DNA of 64,000 bases from the human T2T-CHM13v2.0 reference genome, Homo sapiens: NCBI RefSeq assembly GCF_009914755.1, contig NC_060937.1; one strand, 5' to 3'. A program made the position numbers and the translations under genes. Below, in pieces: positions 47,801 through 63,900 of this stretch. Under the pieces are notes generated by a model, which did not search any database, had not been told where the DNA came from, and worked only from the letters and a program-made list of their open reading frames with translations. The first letter of the stretch is position 1, and each line of letters starts with the position of its first letter.

Positions 47801-50800
47801 CCAAGGTATATATTCTATACTGTACAAAAAATATCAAAGTACCCTAAGCATGTATTATATACTGTTCATAAAATATGAAAGTACATCAAATATATATTTT
47901 ATTCTGTACATAAAATATCAAAGTACACTAAATATATATTCTATAGTGTACATAAAATATCAAAGTACCCAAACTATACATTATATACTGTACCTAAAAT
48001 ATGAAATTACATCAAATATATATTATATTAGGTACATAAAATATGAAAGTACATCAAATATATATTATATACTGTACATAAAATACAAAAGTACCCCAAA
48101 TACATATTATATACTGTACATGAAATATCAAAGTTCACAAACTATATATTATATACTGTACATAAAATATCAAAGTACCGAAGGTAAATATTCTATACTG
48201 TACAAAAAATATCAAAGTACCAAAAGCATGTATTATATACTGTACATAAAATATGATCGTACATCAAATATATATTTTATTCTGTACATAAAATATCAAA
48301 GTACACCAAATATATATTCTATAGTGTACATAAAATATCAAAGTACCCAAACTATACATTATATACTGTACATAAAACATGAAATTACATCAAATATATA
48401 TTATATTTGGTACATAAAATATGAAAGTACATCAAATATAAATTATATACTGTACATAAAATACCAAAGTACCCCAAATATATATTATATACTGTACATG
48501 AAATATCAAAGTTCACAAACTATATATTATATACTGTACATAAAATATCAAAGTACCGAAAGTATATATTCTATACTGTACAAAAAATATCAAAGTACCC
48601 AAAGCATGTATTATATACTGTACATACAATATGAAAGTACATCAAATATATATTTTATTCTGTACATAAAATATCAAAGTACACCAAATATATATTCTAT
48701 AGTGTACATAAAATATCAAAGTACCCAAACTATACATTATATACTGTACATAAAATATGAAATTACATCAAATATATATTATATTAGGTACATAAAATAT
48801 GAAAGTACATCAAATATAGATTATATACTGTACATAAAATACCAAAGGACCCCAAATATATATTATATACTGCACATGAAATATCAAAGTTCACAAACTA
48901 TATATTATATACTGTACATAAAATATCAAAGTACCCAAGGTATATATTCTATACTGTACAAAAAATATCAAAGTACCCAAAGCATGTATTATATACTGTT
49001 CATAAAATATGAAAGTACATCAAATATATATTTTATTCTGTACATAAAATATCAAAGTACACCAAATATATATTCTATAGTGTACAACAAATATCAAACT
49101 ACCCAAACTATACATTATATACTGTACATAAAATATGAAATTACATCAAATATATATTATATTAGGTACATAAAATATGAAAGTACATCAAATATATATT
49201 ATATACTCTATATAAAATACCAAATTACCCCAAATACATATTATATACTGTACATGCAATATCAACGTTCACAAACCATATATTATATACTGTACATAAA
49301 ATATCAAAGTACCAAAGCTATATATTCTATACTGTACAAAAAATATCGAAGTACCCAAAGCATGTATTATATACTGTACATAAAATATGAAAGTACATCA
49401 AATATATATTTTATTCTGTACATAAAATATCAAAATACACCAAATATATATTCTATAGTGTACATAAAATATCAAAGTACCCAAACTATACATTATATAC
49501 TGTACATAAAATATGAAATTACATCAAATATATATTATATTAGGTACATAAAATATGAAAGTACATCAAATATAAATTATATACTGTACATAAAATACCA
49601 AAGTACCCCAAATATATATTATATACTGTACATGAAATATCAAAGTTCACAAACTATATATTATATACTGTACATAAAATATCAAAGTACCGAAGGTATA
49701 TATTCTATACTGTACAAAAAATATCAAAGTACGCACAACATGAATTATATACTGTACATAAAATATGAAAGTACATCAAATATATATTTTATTCTGTACA
49801 TAAAATATCAAAGTACACCAAATATATATTCTATAGTGTACATAAAATATCAAAGTACCCAAACTATACATTATATACTGTACATAAAATATGAAATTAC
49901 ATCAAATATATATTATATTAGGTACATAAAATATGAAAGTACATCAAATATAGATTATATACTGTACATAAAATACTAAAGAACCCCAAATATATATTAT
50001 ATACTGCACATGAAATATCAAAGTTCACAAACTATATATTATATACTGTACATAAAATATCAAAGTACCCAAGGTATATATTCTATACTGTACAAAAAAT
50101 ATCAAAGTACCCAAAGCATGTATTATATACTGTTCATAAAATATGAAAGTACATCAAATATATATTTTATTCTGTACATAAAATATCAAAGTACACCAAA
50201 TATATATTCTATAGTGTACAACAAATATCAAACTACCCAAACTATACATTATATACTGTACATAAAATATGAAATTACATCAAATATATATTATATTAGG
50301 TACATAAAATATGAAAGTACATCAAATATAAATTATATACTGTACATAAAATACCAAAGAACCCCAAATATATATTATATACTGTACATGAAATATCAAA
50401 GTTCACAAACTATATATTATATATTGTACATAAAATATCAAAGTACCCAAGGTATATATTCTATACTCTACAAAAAATATCAAAGTACCCAAAGCATGTA
50501 TTATATACTGTTCATAAAATATGAAAGTACATCAAATATATATTTTATTCTGTACATAAAATATCAAAGTATACCAAATATATATTCTATAGTGTACATT
50601 AAATATCAAACTACCCAAACTATACATTATATACTGTGCATAAAATATGAAATTACATCAAATATATATTATATTAGGTACATAAAATATGAAAGTACAT
50701 CAAATATAAATTATATACTGTACATAAAATACCAAAGAACCCCAAATATATATTATATACTGTACATGAAATATCAAAGTTCACAAACTATATATTATAT

Positions 50801-53800
50801 ACTGTACATAAAATATCAAAGTACCCAAGTTATATATTCTATACTGTACAAAAAATATCAAAGTACCCAAAGCATGTATTATATACTGTTCATAAAATAT
50901 GAAAGTACATCAAATATATATTTTATTCTGTACATAAAATATCAAAGTACACCAAATATATATTCTATAGTGTACAACAAATATCAAACTACCCAAACTA
51001 TACATTATATACTGTACATAAAATATGAAATTACATCAAATATATATTATATTAGGTACATAAAATATGAAAGTACATCAAATATATATTATATACTCTA
51101 CATAAAATACCAAAGTACCCCAAATACATATTATATACTGTACATGCAATATCAAAGTTCACAAACCATATATTATATACTGTACATAAAATATCAAAGT
51201 ACCAAAGCTATATATTCTATACTGTACAAAAAATATCAAAGTACCCAAAGCATGTATTACATACTGTACATAAAATATGAAAGTACATCAAATATATATT
51301 TTATTCTGTACATAAAATATCAAAGTACACCAAATATATATTCTATAGTGTACATAAAATATCAAATTACCCAAACTATACATTATATCCTGTACATAAA
51401 ATATGAAATTACATCAAATATATATTATATTAGGTACATAAAATATGAAAGTACATCAAATATAAATTATATACTGTACATAAAATACCAAAGAACCTCA
51501 AATATATATTATATACTGTACATGAAATATCAAAGTTCACAAGCTATATATTATATATTGTACATAAAATATCAAAGTACCCAAGGTATATATTCTATAC
51601 TGTACAAAAAATATCAAAGTACCCAAAGCATGTATTATATACTGTTCATAAAATATGAAAGTACATCAAATATATATTTTATTCTGTACATAAAATATCA
51701 AACTACACCAGATATATATTCTATAGTGTACATAAAATATCAAACTACCCAAACTATACATTATATACTGTACATAAAATATGAAATTACATCAAATATA
51801 TATTATATTAGGTACATAAAATATGAAAGTACATCAAATATATATTATATACTGTACATAAAATACAAAAGTACCCCAAATACATATTATATACTGTACA
51901 TTGAATATCAAAGTTCACAAACTATATATTATATACTGTACATAAAATATCAAAGTACCGAAGGTATATATTCTATACTGTAAAAAAATATCAAAGTACG
52001 CAAAGCATGTATTATATACTGTACATAAAATATGAAAGTACATCAAATATATATTTTATTCTGTACATAAAATATCAAAGTACACCAAATATATATTCTA
52101 TAGTGTACATAAAATATCAAAGTACCCAAACTATACATTATATACTGTACATAAAATATGAAATTACATCAAATATATATTATAATAGGTACATAAAATA
52201 TGAAAGTACATCAAATATAAATTATATACTGTACATAAAATACCAAAGAACCCCAAATATATATTATATACTGTACATGAAATATCAAAGTTCACAAACT
52301 ATATATTATATACTGTATATAAAATATCAAAGTACCCAAGTTATATATTCTATACTGTACAAAAAATATCAAAGTACCCAAAGCATGTATTATATACTGT
52401 TCATAAAACATGAAAGTACATCAAATATATATTTTATTCTGTACATAAAATATCAAAGTACACCAAATATATATTCTATAGTGTACATTAAATATCAAAA
52501 TACCCAAACTGTACATTATATACTGTACATAAAATATGAAATTACATCAAATATATATTATATTAGGTACATAAAATATGAAAGTACATCAAATATAGAT
52601 TACATACTGTACAAAAAATACCAAAGTACCCCAAATACATATTATATACTGTACATGAAATATCAAAGTTCACAAACTATATATTATATACTGTACATAA
52701 AATATCAAAGTACCGAAGGTATATATTCTATACTGTACAAAAAATATCAAAGTACCCAAAGCATGTATTATATACTGTACATAAAATATGAAAGTACATC
52801 AAATATATATTTTATTCTGTACATAAAATATCAAAGTACACCAAATATATATTCTATAGTGTACATAAAATATCAAAAGTACCCAAACTATACATTATAT
52901 ACTGTACATAAAATATGAAATTACATCAAATATATATTATAATAGGTACATAAAATATGAAAGTACATCAAATATAGATTATATACTGTACATAAAATAC
53001 CAAAGAACCCCAAATATATATTATATACTGTACATGAAATATCAAAGTTCACAAACTATATATTATATACTGTATATAAAATATCAAAGTACCCAAGGTA
53101 TATATTCTATACTGTACAAAAAATATCAAAGTACCCAAAGCATGTATTATATACTGTTCATAAAATATGAAAGTACATCAAATATATATTTTATTCTGTA
53201 CATAAAATATCAAAGTACACCAAATATATATTCTATAGTGTACATAAAATATCAAAGTACCCAAACCATACATTATATACTGTACATAAAATATGAAATT
53301 ACATCAAATATATATTATATTAGGTACATAAAATATGAAAGTACATCAAATATAGATTACATACTGTACATAAAATACCAAAGTACCCCAAATACATATT
53401 ATATACTGTTCATGAAATATCAAAGTTCACAAACTAAATATTATATACTATACATAAAATATCAAAGTACCGAAAGTATATATTCTATACTGTACAAAAA
53501 ATATCAAAGTACCCAAAGCATGTATTATATGCGGTACATACAATATGAAAGTACATCAAATATATATTTTATTCTGTACATAAAATATCAAAGTACACCA
53601 AATATATATTCTATAGTGTACATAAAATATCAAAGTACCCAAACTATACATTATATACTGTACATAAAATATGAAATTACATCAAATATATATTATATTA
53701 GGTACATAAAATATGAAAGTACATCAAATATAGATTATATACTGTACATAAAATACCAAAGAACCCCAAATATATATTATATACTGTACATGAAATATCA

Positions 53801-54900
53801 AAGTTCACAAACTATATATTATATACTGTACATAAAATATCAAAGTACCCAAGGTATATATTCTATACTGTACAAAAAATATCAAAGTACCCAAAGCATG
53901 TATTATATACTGTTCATAAAATATGAAAGTACATCAAATATATATTTTATTCTGTACATAAAATATCAAAGTACACCAAATATATATTCTATAGTGTACA
54001 TCAAATATCAAACTACCCAAACTATACATTATATACTGTACATAAAATATGAAATTACATCAAATATATATTATATTAGGTACATAAAATATGAAAGTTC
54101 ATCAAATATAGAGTATATACTGTACATTAAATATCAAAGTACCCCAAATATATATTATATACTCTACATGAAATATCAAAGTTCACAAACTATATATTAT
54201 ATACTCTACATGTAATATCAAAGTACCCAAGGTATATATTCTATACTATACAAAAAATATCAAAGTACCCAAAGCATGTATTATATACTGTACATAAAAT
54301 ATGAAAGTACATCAAATATATATTTTATTCTGTACATAAAATATCAAAGTACACCAAATATATATTCTATAGTGTACATAAAATATCAAAGTACCCAAAC
54401 TATACATTATATACTGTACATAAAATATGAAATTACGTCAAATATATATTATATTAGGTACATAAAATATGAAAGTATATCAAATATAGATTATATACTG
54501 TACATAAAATACCAAAGTACCCCAAATACATATTATATACTGTACATGCAATATCAAAGTTCACAAACTATATATTATATACTGTACATAAAATATCAAA
54601 GTACCCAAGTTATATATTCTATACTGTACAAAAAATATCAAAGAACCCAAAGCATGTATTATATAAAGTACATAAAATATGAAAGTACATCAAATATATA
54701 TTTTATTCTGTACATAAAATATCAAAGTACACCAAATATATATTCTATAGTGTACATAAAATATCAAAGTACCCAAACTATACATTATATACTGTACATA
54801 AAATATGAAATTACATCAAATATATATTATATTAGGTACATAAAATATGAAAGTACATCAAATATAGATTATATACTGTACATAAAATATCAAAGTACCC
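38880..54900 (+). repeat. Pure 378-bp 'N-type' HOR domain (about 42 units)
   Basis: No 5-bp m2 deletion was seen between about 38580 and 55200. m9 is caccaaat and m4 is taccaaag. Characteristic variants include ctgttcata, catgcaata, accgaag and ccaaatacat. The frame is kept over kilobases, giving the 1007, 1364 and 1055 aa pseudo-ORFs. Confidence 0.88.
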
Positions 54901-57900
54901 CTAATATATATTATATACTCTACATGAAATGTCAAAGTTCACAAACTATATATTATATACTGTACATAAAATATCAAAGTACCCAAGGTATGTATTCTAT
55001 ACTGTCCAAAAAATATCAAAGTATCCAAAGCATGTATTATATACTGTATATAAAATATGAAAGTACATTAAATATATATTTTATTCTGTACATAAAATAT
55101 CAAAGTACACCAGATATATATTCTATAGTGTACATAAAATAACAAAGTACACAAACTATAAATTATATACTGTACATAAAATATGAAATTACATCAAATA
55201 TATATTAGGTACATAAAATATGAAAGTACATCAAATATAGATTATATACTGTACATATAATATTAATGTACCCCAAATATATATTTTATACTCTACATGA
55301 AATATCAAAGTTCACAAACCATACTTTATATACTGTACATAAAATATCAAGGTACCCAAGGTATATATTCTATACTGTACAAAAAATATCAAAGTACCCA
55401 AAGCATGTATTTTATACTGTACATAAAATATGAAAGTACATCAAATATATATTTTATTCTGTACATAAAATATCAAAGTACACCAGATATATATTCTATA
55501 GTGTACATAAAATATCAAAGTACCCAAACTATACATTATATACTGTACATAAAATATGAAATTACATCAAATATATATTAGGTACATAAAATATGAAAGT
55601 ACATCAAATATAGATTATATACTGTACATAAAATATCAATGTACCCCAAATATATATTATATGCTCTATATGAAATATCAAAGTTCACAAACTATATATT
55701 ATATACTGTACATAAAATATCAAAGTACCCTAGGTATATATTCTATACTGTACAAAAAATATCAAAGTACCCAAAGCATGTATTATATACTGTACATAAA
55801 ATATGAAAGTACATCAAATATATATTTTATTCTGTACATAAAATATCAAAGTACACCAGATATATATTCTCTAGTGTACATAAAATATCAAAGTACCCAA
55901 ACTATACATTATGTACTGTACATAAAATATGAAATTACATCAAATATATATTAGGTACATAAAATATGAAAGTACATCAAATATAGATTATATACTGTAC
56001 ATAAAATATCAAAGTAGCCCAAATATATACTATATACTCTACATGAAATATCAAAGTTCACAAACTATATATTATATACTGTACATAAAATATCAAAGTA
56101 CCCAAGGTATATATTCTATACTGTACAAAAAATATCAAAGTACCCAAAGCATGTATTATATACTGTACATAAAATATGAAAGTACATCAAATATATATTT
56201 TATTCTGTACATAAAATATCAAAGTACACCAGATATATATTCTATAGTGTACATAAAATAACAAAGTACAATAACTATAAATTATATACTGTACATAAAA
56301 TATGAAATTACATCAAATATATATTAGGTACATAAAATATGAAAGTACATCAAATATAGATTATATACTGTACATAAAATATCAATGTACCCCAAATATA
56401 TATTTTATACTCTACATGAAATATCAAAGTTCACAAACCATATATTATATACTGTACTTAAAATATCAAAGTACCCAAGTTATATATTCTATACTATACA
56501 AAAAATATCAAAGTACCCAAAGCATGTATTATATACTGTACATAAAATATGAAAGTACATCAAATATATATTTTATTCTGTACATAAAATATCAAAGTAC
56601 ACCAGATATATATTCTATAGTGTACATAAAATATCAAAGTACCCAAACTATACATTATATACTGTACATAAATATGAGATTACATCAAATATATATATTA
56701 GGTACATAAAATATGAAAGTACATCAGATATAGATTATATACTGTACATAAAATATCAATGTACCCCAAATATATATTTTATACTCTACATGAAATATCA
56801 AAGTTCACAAACTCTTTATTATATACTGTACATAAAATATCAAAATACCCAAGGTATATATTCTATATTGTACAAAAAATATCAAAGTACCCAAAGCATG
56901 TATTATATACTGTATATAAAATATGAAAATACATTAAATATATATTTTATTCTGTATATAAAATATCAAAGTACACCAGATATATATTCTATAGTGTACA
57001 TAAAATAACAAAGTACACAAACTATAAATTATATACTGTACATAAAATATGAAATTACATCAAATATATATTAGGTACATAAAATATGAAAGCACATCAA
57101 ATATAGATTATATACTGTACATAAAATATCAAAGTACCCCAAATATATATTATATACTGTACATGAAATATCAAAGTTCACAAACTATATATTATATACT
57201 TTACATAAAATATCAAAGTACCCAAGGTATATATTCTATACTGTACAAAAAATATCAAAGTACCCAAAGCATGTATTATATACTGTACATAAAATATGAA
57301 AGTACATCAAATATATATTTTATTCTGTACATAAAATATCAAAGTACACCAGATATATATTCTATAGTGTACATAAAATAACAAAGTAAAAAACTATAAA
57401 TTATATGCTTTACATAAAATATGAAATTACATCAAATATATATTAGGTACATAAAATATGAAAGTACATCAAATATAGATTATATACTGTACATAAAATA
57501 TCAATGTACCCCAAATATATATTTTATACTCTACATGAAATATGAAAGTTCACAAACCATATATTATATACTGTACATAAAATATCAAAGTACCCAAGGT
57601 ATATATTCTATACTGTACAAAAAATATCAAAGTACACAAAGCATGTATTATATACTGTACATAAAATATGAAAGTACATCAAATATATATTTTATTCTGT
57701 ACATAAAATATCAAAGTACACCAGATATATATTCTATAGTGTACATAAAATATCAAAGTACCCAAACTATTTATTATATACTGTACATAAAATATGAAAT
57801 TACATCAAATATATATTATATTAGGTACATAAAATATGAAAGTACATCAAATATAGATTATATACTGTACATGAAATACCGAAGTACCCCAAATATATAT

Positions 57901-60900
57901 TTTATACGGTACATGAAATATCAAAGTTCACAAACTATATATTATATACTGTATATAAAATATCAAAGCACCCAAGGTATATATTCTATACTGTACAAAA
58001 AATATCAAAGTACCCAAAGCATGTATTATATACTGTACATAAAATATGAAAGTACATCAAATATATATTTTATTCTGTACATAAAATATCAAAGTACACC
58101 AGATATATATTCTATAGTGTACATAAAATATCAAAGTACCCAAACTATACATTATATACTGTACATAAAATATGAAATTACATCAAATTTATATTAGGTA
58201 CATAAAATATGAAAGTACATCAAATATAGATTATATACTGTACATAAAATATCAAACTAACCCAAATATATATTATATACTCTACATGAAATATCAAAGT
58301 TCACAAACTATATATTATATACTGTACATAAAATATCCAAGTACCCAAGGTATATATTCTATACTGTACAAAAAATATCAACGTACCCAAAGCATGTATT
58401 ATATACTGTACATAAAATATGAAAGTACATCAAATATATATTTTATTCTGTACATAAAATATCAAAGTACACCAGATATATATTCTATACTGTACATAAA
58501 ATATCAAAGTACCCAAACTATACATTATATACTGTACATAAATATGAGATTACATCAAATATATATATTAGGTACATAAAATATGAAAGTACATCAGATA
58601 TAGATTATATACTGTACATAAAATATCAATGTACCCCAAATATATATTTTATACTCTACATGAAATATCAAAGTTCACAAACTATATATTATATACTGTA
58701 CATAAAATATCAAAATACCCAAGGTATATATTCTATATTGTACAAAAAATATCAAAGTACCCAAAGCATGTATTATATACTGTATATAAAATATGAAAAT
58801 ACATTAAATATATATTTTATTCTGTACATAAAATATCAAAGTACACCAGATATATATTCTATAGTGTACATAAAATAACAAAGTACACAAACTATAAATT
58901 ATATACTGTACATAAAATATGAAATTACATCAAATATATATTAGGTACATAAAATATGAAAGTACATCAAATATAGATTATATACTGTACATATAATATT
59001 AATGTACCCCAAATATATATTTTATACTCTACATGAAATATCAAAGTTCACAAACCATACATTATATACTGTACATAAAATATCAAAGTACCCAAGGTAT
59101 ATATTCTATACTGTACAAAAAATACCAAAGTACCCAAAGCATGTATTTTATACTGTACATAAAATATGAAAGTACATCAAATATATATTTTATTCTGTAC
59201 ATAAAATATCAAAGTACACCAGATATATATTCTATAGTGTACATAAAATATCAAAGTACCCAAACTATACATTATATGCTGTACATAAAATATGAAATTA
59301 CATCAAATATATATTAGGTACATAAAATATGAAAGTACATCAAATATAGATTATATACTGTACATAAAATATCAATGTACCCCAAATATATATTATATGC
59401 TCTATATGAAATATCAAAGTTCACAAACTATATATTATATACTGTACATAAAATATCAAAGTACCCTAGGTATATATTCTATACTGTACAAAAAATATCA
59501 AAGTACCCAAAGCATGTATTATATACTGTACATAAAATATGAAAGTACATCAAATATATATTTTATTCTGTACATAAAATATCAAAGTACACCAGATATA
59601 TATTCTCTAGTGTACATAAAATATCAAAGTACCCAAACTATACATTATGTACTGTACATAAAATATGAAATTACATCAAATATATATTTTATTCTGTACA
59701 TAAAATATCAAAGTACCCCAAATGTATATTATATACTGTACATGAAATATCAAAGTTCCTAAACTATATATTATATACTGTACTTAAAATATGAATGTAT
59801 CCAATGTATATATTCTATACTGTACAAAAAATATCAAAGTACCCAAACCATGTATTTTATACTGTACATAAAATATGAAAGTACATCAAATATATATTTT
59901 ATTCTGTACATAAAATATCAAAGTACACCAGATATATATTCTATAGTGTACATAAAATATCAAAGTACCCAAACTATACATTATACACTGTACATAAAAT
60001 ATGAAATTACATCAAATATATATTAGGTACATAAAATATGAAAGTACATCAAATATAGATTATATACTGTACATAAAATATCAAAGTACCCCAAATATAT
60101 ATTATATACTCTACATGAAATATCAAAGTTCACAAACTATATATTATATACTGTACATAAAATATCAAAGTACCCAAGGTATATATTCTATACTGTACAA
60201 AAAATATCAAAGTACCCAAAGCATGTATTATATACTGTACATAAAATATGAAAGTACATCAAATATATATTTTATTCTGTACATAAAATATCAAAGTACA
60301 CCAGATATATATTCTATAGTGTACATAAAATAACAAAGTACACAAACTATAAAATATATACTGTACATAAAATGTGAAATTACATCAAATATATATTAGG
60401 TACATAATATATGAAAGTACATCAAATATAGATTATATACTGTACATAAAATATCAATGTACCCCAAATATATATTTTATACTCTACATGAAATATCAAA
60501 GTTCACAAACCATATATTATATACTGTACATAAAATATCAAAGTACCCAAGGTATATATTCTATACTGTACAAAAAATATCAAAGTACCCAAGCATGTAT
60601 TATATACTGTACATAAAATATGAAACTACATCAAATATATATTTTATTCTGTACATAAAATATCAAAGTACACCAGACATATATTCTATAGTGTACATAA
60701 AATATCAAAGTACCCAAACTATACATTATATACTGTACATAAAATATGAAATTACATCAAATATATATTATATTAGGTACATAAAATATGAAAGCACATC
60801 AAATATAGATTATATACTGTACATTAAATACCAAAGTACCCCAAACATATATTTTATACTGTACATCAAATATCAAAGTTCACAAACTATATATTATATA

Positions 60901-63900
60901 CTGTACATAAAATATCAAAGTAGCCATGGTATACATTCTATACTGTACAAAAAATATCAAAATACCAAAAGCATGTATTATATACTGTACATAAAATATG
61001 AAAGTACATCAAATATATATTTTATTCTGTACATAAAATATCAAAGTACACCAGATATATATTCTATAGTGTACATAAAATATAAAAGTACCCAAACTAT
61101 ACATTATATACTGTACATAAAATATGAAATTACATCAAATATATATTATATTAGGTACATAAAATATGAAAGTACATCAAATATAGATTATATACTGTAC
61201 ATAAAATATCAAAGTACCCCAAATATATATTATATACTCTACATGAAATATCAAAGTTCACAAACTATATATTATATACTGTACATAAAATATCAAAGTA
61301 CCCAAGGTATATATTCTATACTGTACAAAAAATATCAAAGTACCCAAAGCATGTATTATATACTGTACATAAAATATGAAAGTACATCAAATATATATTT
61401 TATTCTGTACATAAAATATCAAAGTACACCAGATATATATTCTATAGTGTACATAAAATAACAAAGTACACAAACTATAAAATATATACTGTACATAAAA
61501 TGTGAAATTACATCAAATATATATTAGGTACATAATATATGAAAGTACATCAAATATAGATTATATACTGTACATAAAATATCAATGTACCCCAAATATA
61601 TATTTTATACTCTACATGAAATATCAAAGTTCACAAACCATATATTATATACTGTACATAAAATATCAAAGTACCCAAGGTATATATTCTATACTGTACA
61701 AAAAATATCAAAGTACCCAAGCATGTATTATATACTGTACATAAAATATGAAACTACATCAAATATATATCTTATTCTGTACATAAAATATCAAAGTACA
61801 CCAGACATATATTCTATAGTGTACATAAAATATCAAAGTACCCAAACTATACATTATAGACTGTACATAAAATATGAAATTACATCAAATATATATTATA
61901 TTAGGTACATAAAATATGAAAGCACATCAAATATAGATTATATACTGTACATAAAATACCAAAGTACCCCAAACATATATTTTATACTGTACATCAAATA
62001 TCAAAGTTCACAAACTATATATTATATACTGTACATAAAATATCAAAGTACCCATGGAATATATTCTATACTGTACAAAAAATATCAAAGTACCCAAAGC
62101 ATGTATTATATACTGTATATAAAATATGAAAGTACATCACATATATTTTTTATTCTGTACATAAAATATCAAAGTACACCAGATATATATTCTATAGTGT
62201 ACATAAAATAACAAAGTTCAAAAACTATAAATTATATGCTGTACATAAAATATGAAATTACATCAAATATATATTAGGTACATAAAATATGAAAGTACAT
62301 CAAATATAGATTATATACTGTACATAAAATATCAATGTACCCCAAATATATATTTTATACTCTACATGAAATATGAAAGTTCACAAACCATATATTACAT
62401 ACTGTAAATAAAATATCAAAGTACCCAAGGTATATATTCTATACTGTACAAAAAATATCAAAGTACCCAAAGCATGTATTATATACTGTACATAAAATAT
62501 GAAACTACATCAAATATATATTTTATTCTGTACATAAAATATCAAAGTACACCAGATATATATTCTACAGTGTACATAAAATATCAACGTACCCAAACTC
62601 TACATTATATACTGTACATAAAATATGAAATTACATCAAATATATATTATATTAGGTACATAAAATATGAAAGCACATCAAATATAGATTATATACTGTA
62701 CTTTAAATACCAAAGTAACCCAAATATATATTTTATACTGTACATCAAATATCAAAGTTCACAAACTATATATTATATACTGTACATAAAATATCAAAGT
62801 ACCCATGGTATATATTCTATACTGTACAAAAAATATCAAAGTACCCAAAGCATGTATTATATACTGTACATAAAATATGAAAGTACATCAAATATATATT
62901 TTATTCTGTACATAAAATATCAAAGTACACCAGATATATATTCTATAGTGTACATAAAATATCAAAGTACCCAAACTATACATGATATACTGTACATAAA
63001 ATATGAAATTACATCAAATATATATTATATTAGGTACATAAAATATGAAAGTACATCAAATATAGATTATATACTGTACATAAAATATCAAAGTACCCCA
63101 AATATATATTATATACTCTACATGAAATATCAAAGTTCACAAACTATATATTATATACTGTACATAAAATATCAAAGTACCCAAAGTATATATTCTATAC
63201 TGTATAAAAAATATCAAAGTATCCAAAGCATGTATTATATACTGTATATAAAATATGAAAGTACATTAAATATATATTTTATTCTCTACATAAAATATCA
63301 AAGTACACCAGATATATATTCTATAGTGTACATAAAATAACAAAGTACACAAACTATAAAATATATACTGTACATAAAATATGAAATTTCATCAAATATA
63401 TATTAGGTACATAAAATATGAAAGTACATCAAATATAGATTATATACTGTACATATAATATCAATGTACCCCAAATATATATTTTATACTCTACATGAAA
63501 TATCAAAGTTCACAAACCATACTTTATATACTGTACATAAAATATCAAAGTACCCAAGGTATATATTCTATACTGTACAAAAAATATCAAAGTACCCAAA
63601 GCATGTATTATATACTATACATAAAATATGAAAGTACATCAAATATATATTTTATTCTGTACATAAAATATCAAAGTACACCAGATATATATTCTATAGT
63701 GTACATAAAATATCAAAGTACCCAAACTATGCATTATATACTGTACATAAAATATGAAATTACATCAAATATATATTAGGTACATAAAATATGAAAGTAC
63801 ATCAAATATAGATTATAAACTGTACATAAAATATCAAAGTACCCCAAATATATATTATATACTCTACATGAAATATCAAAGTTCACAAACTATATATTAT

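Noticed and set aside
173-63779. All ORFs in the track as protein-coding genes
   Set aside because: They are translations of the 42-bp repeat. Starts and ends track satellite SNPs and indels, there is no unique domain, and a frameshifting 5-bp deletion and a TAA variant have been freely amplified.
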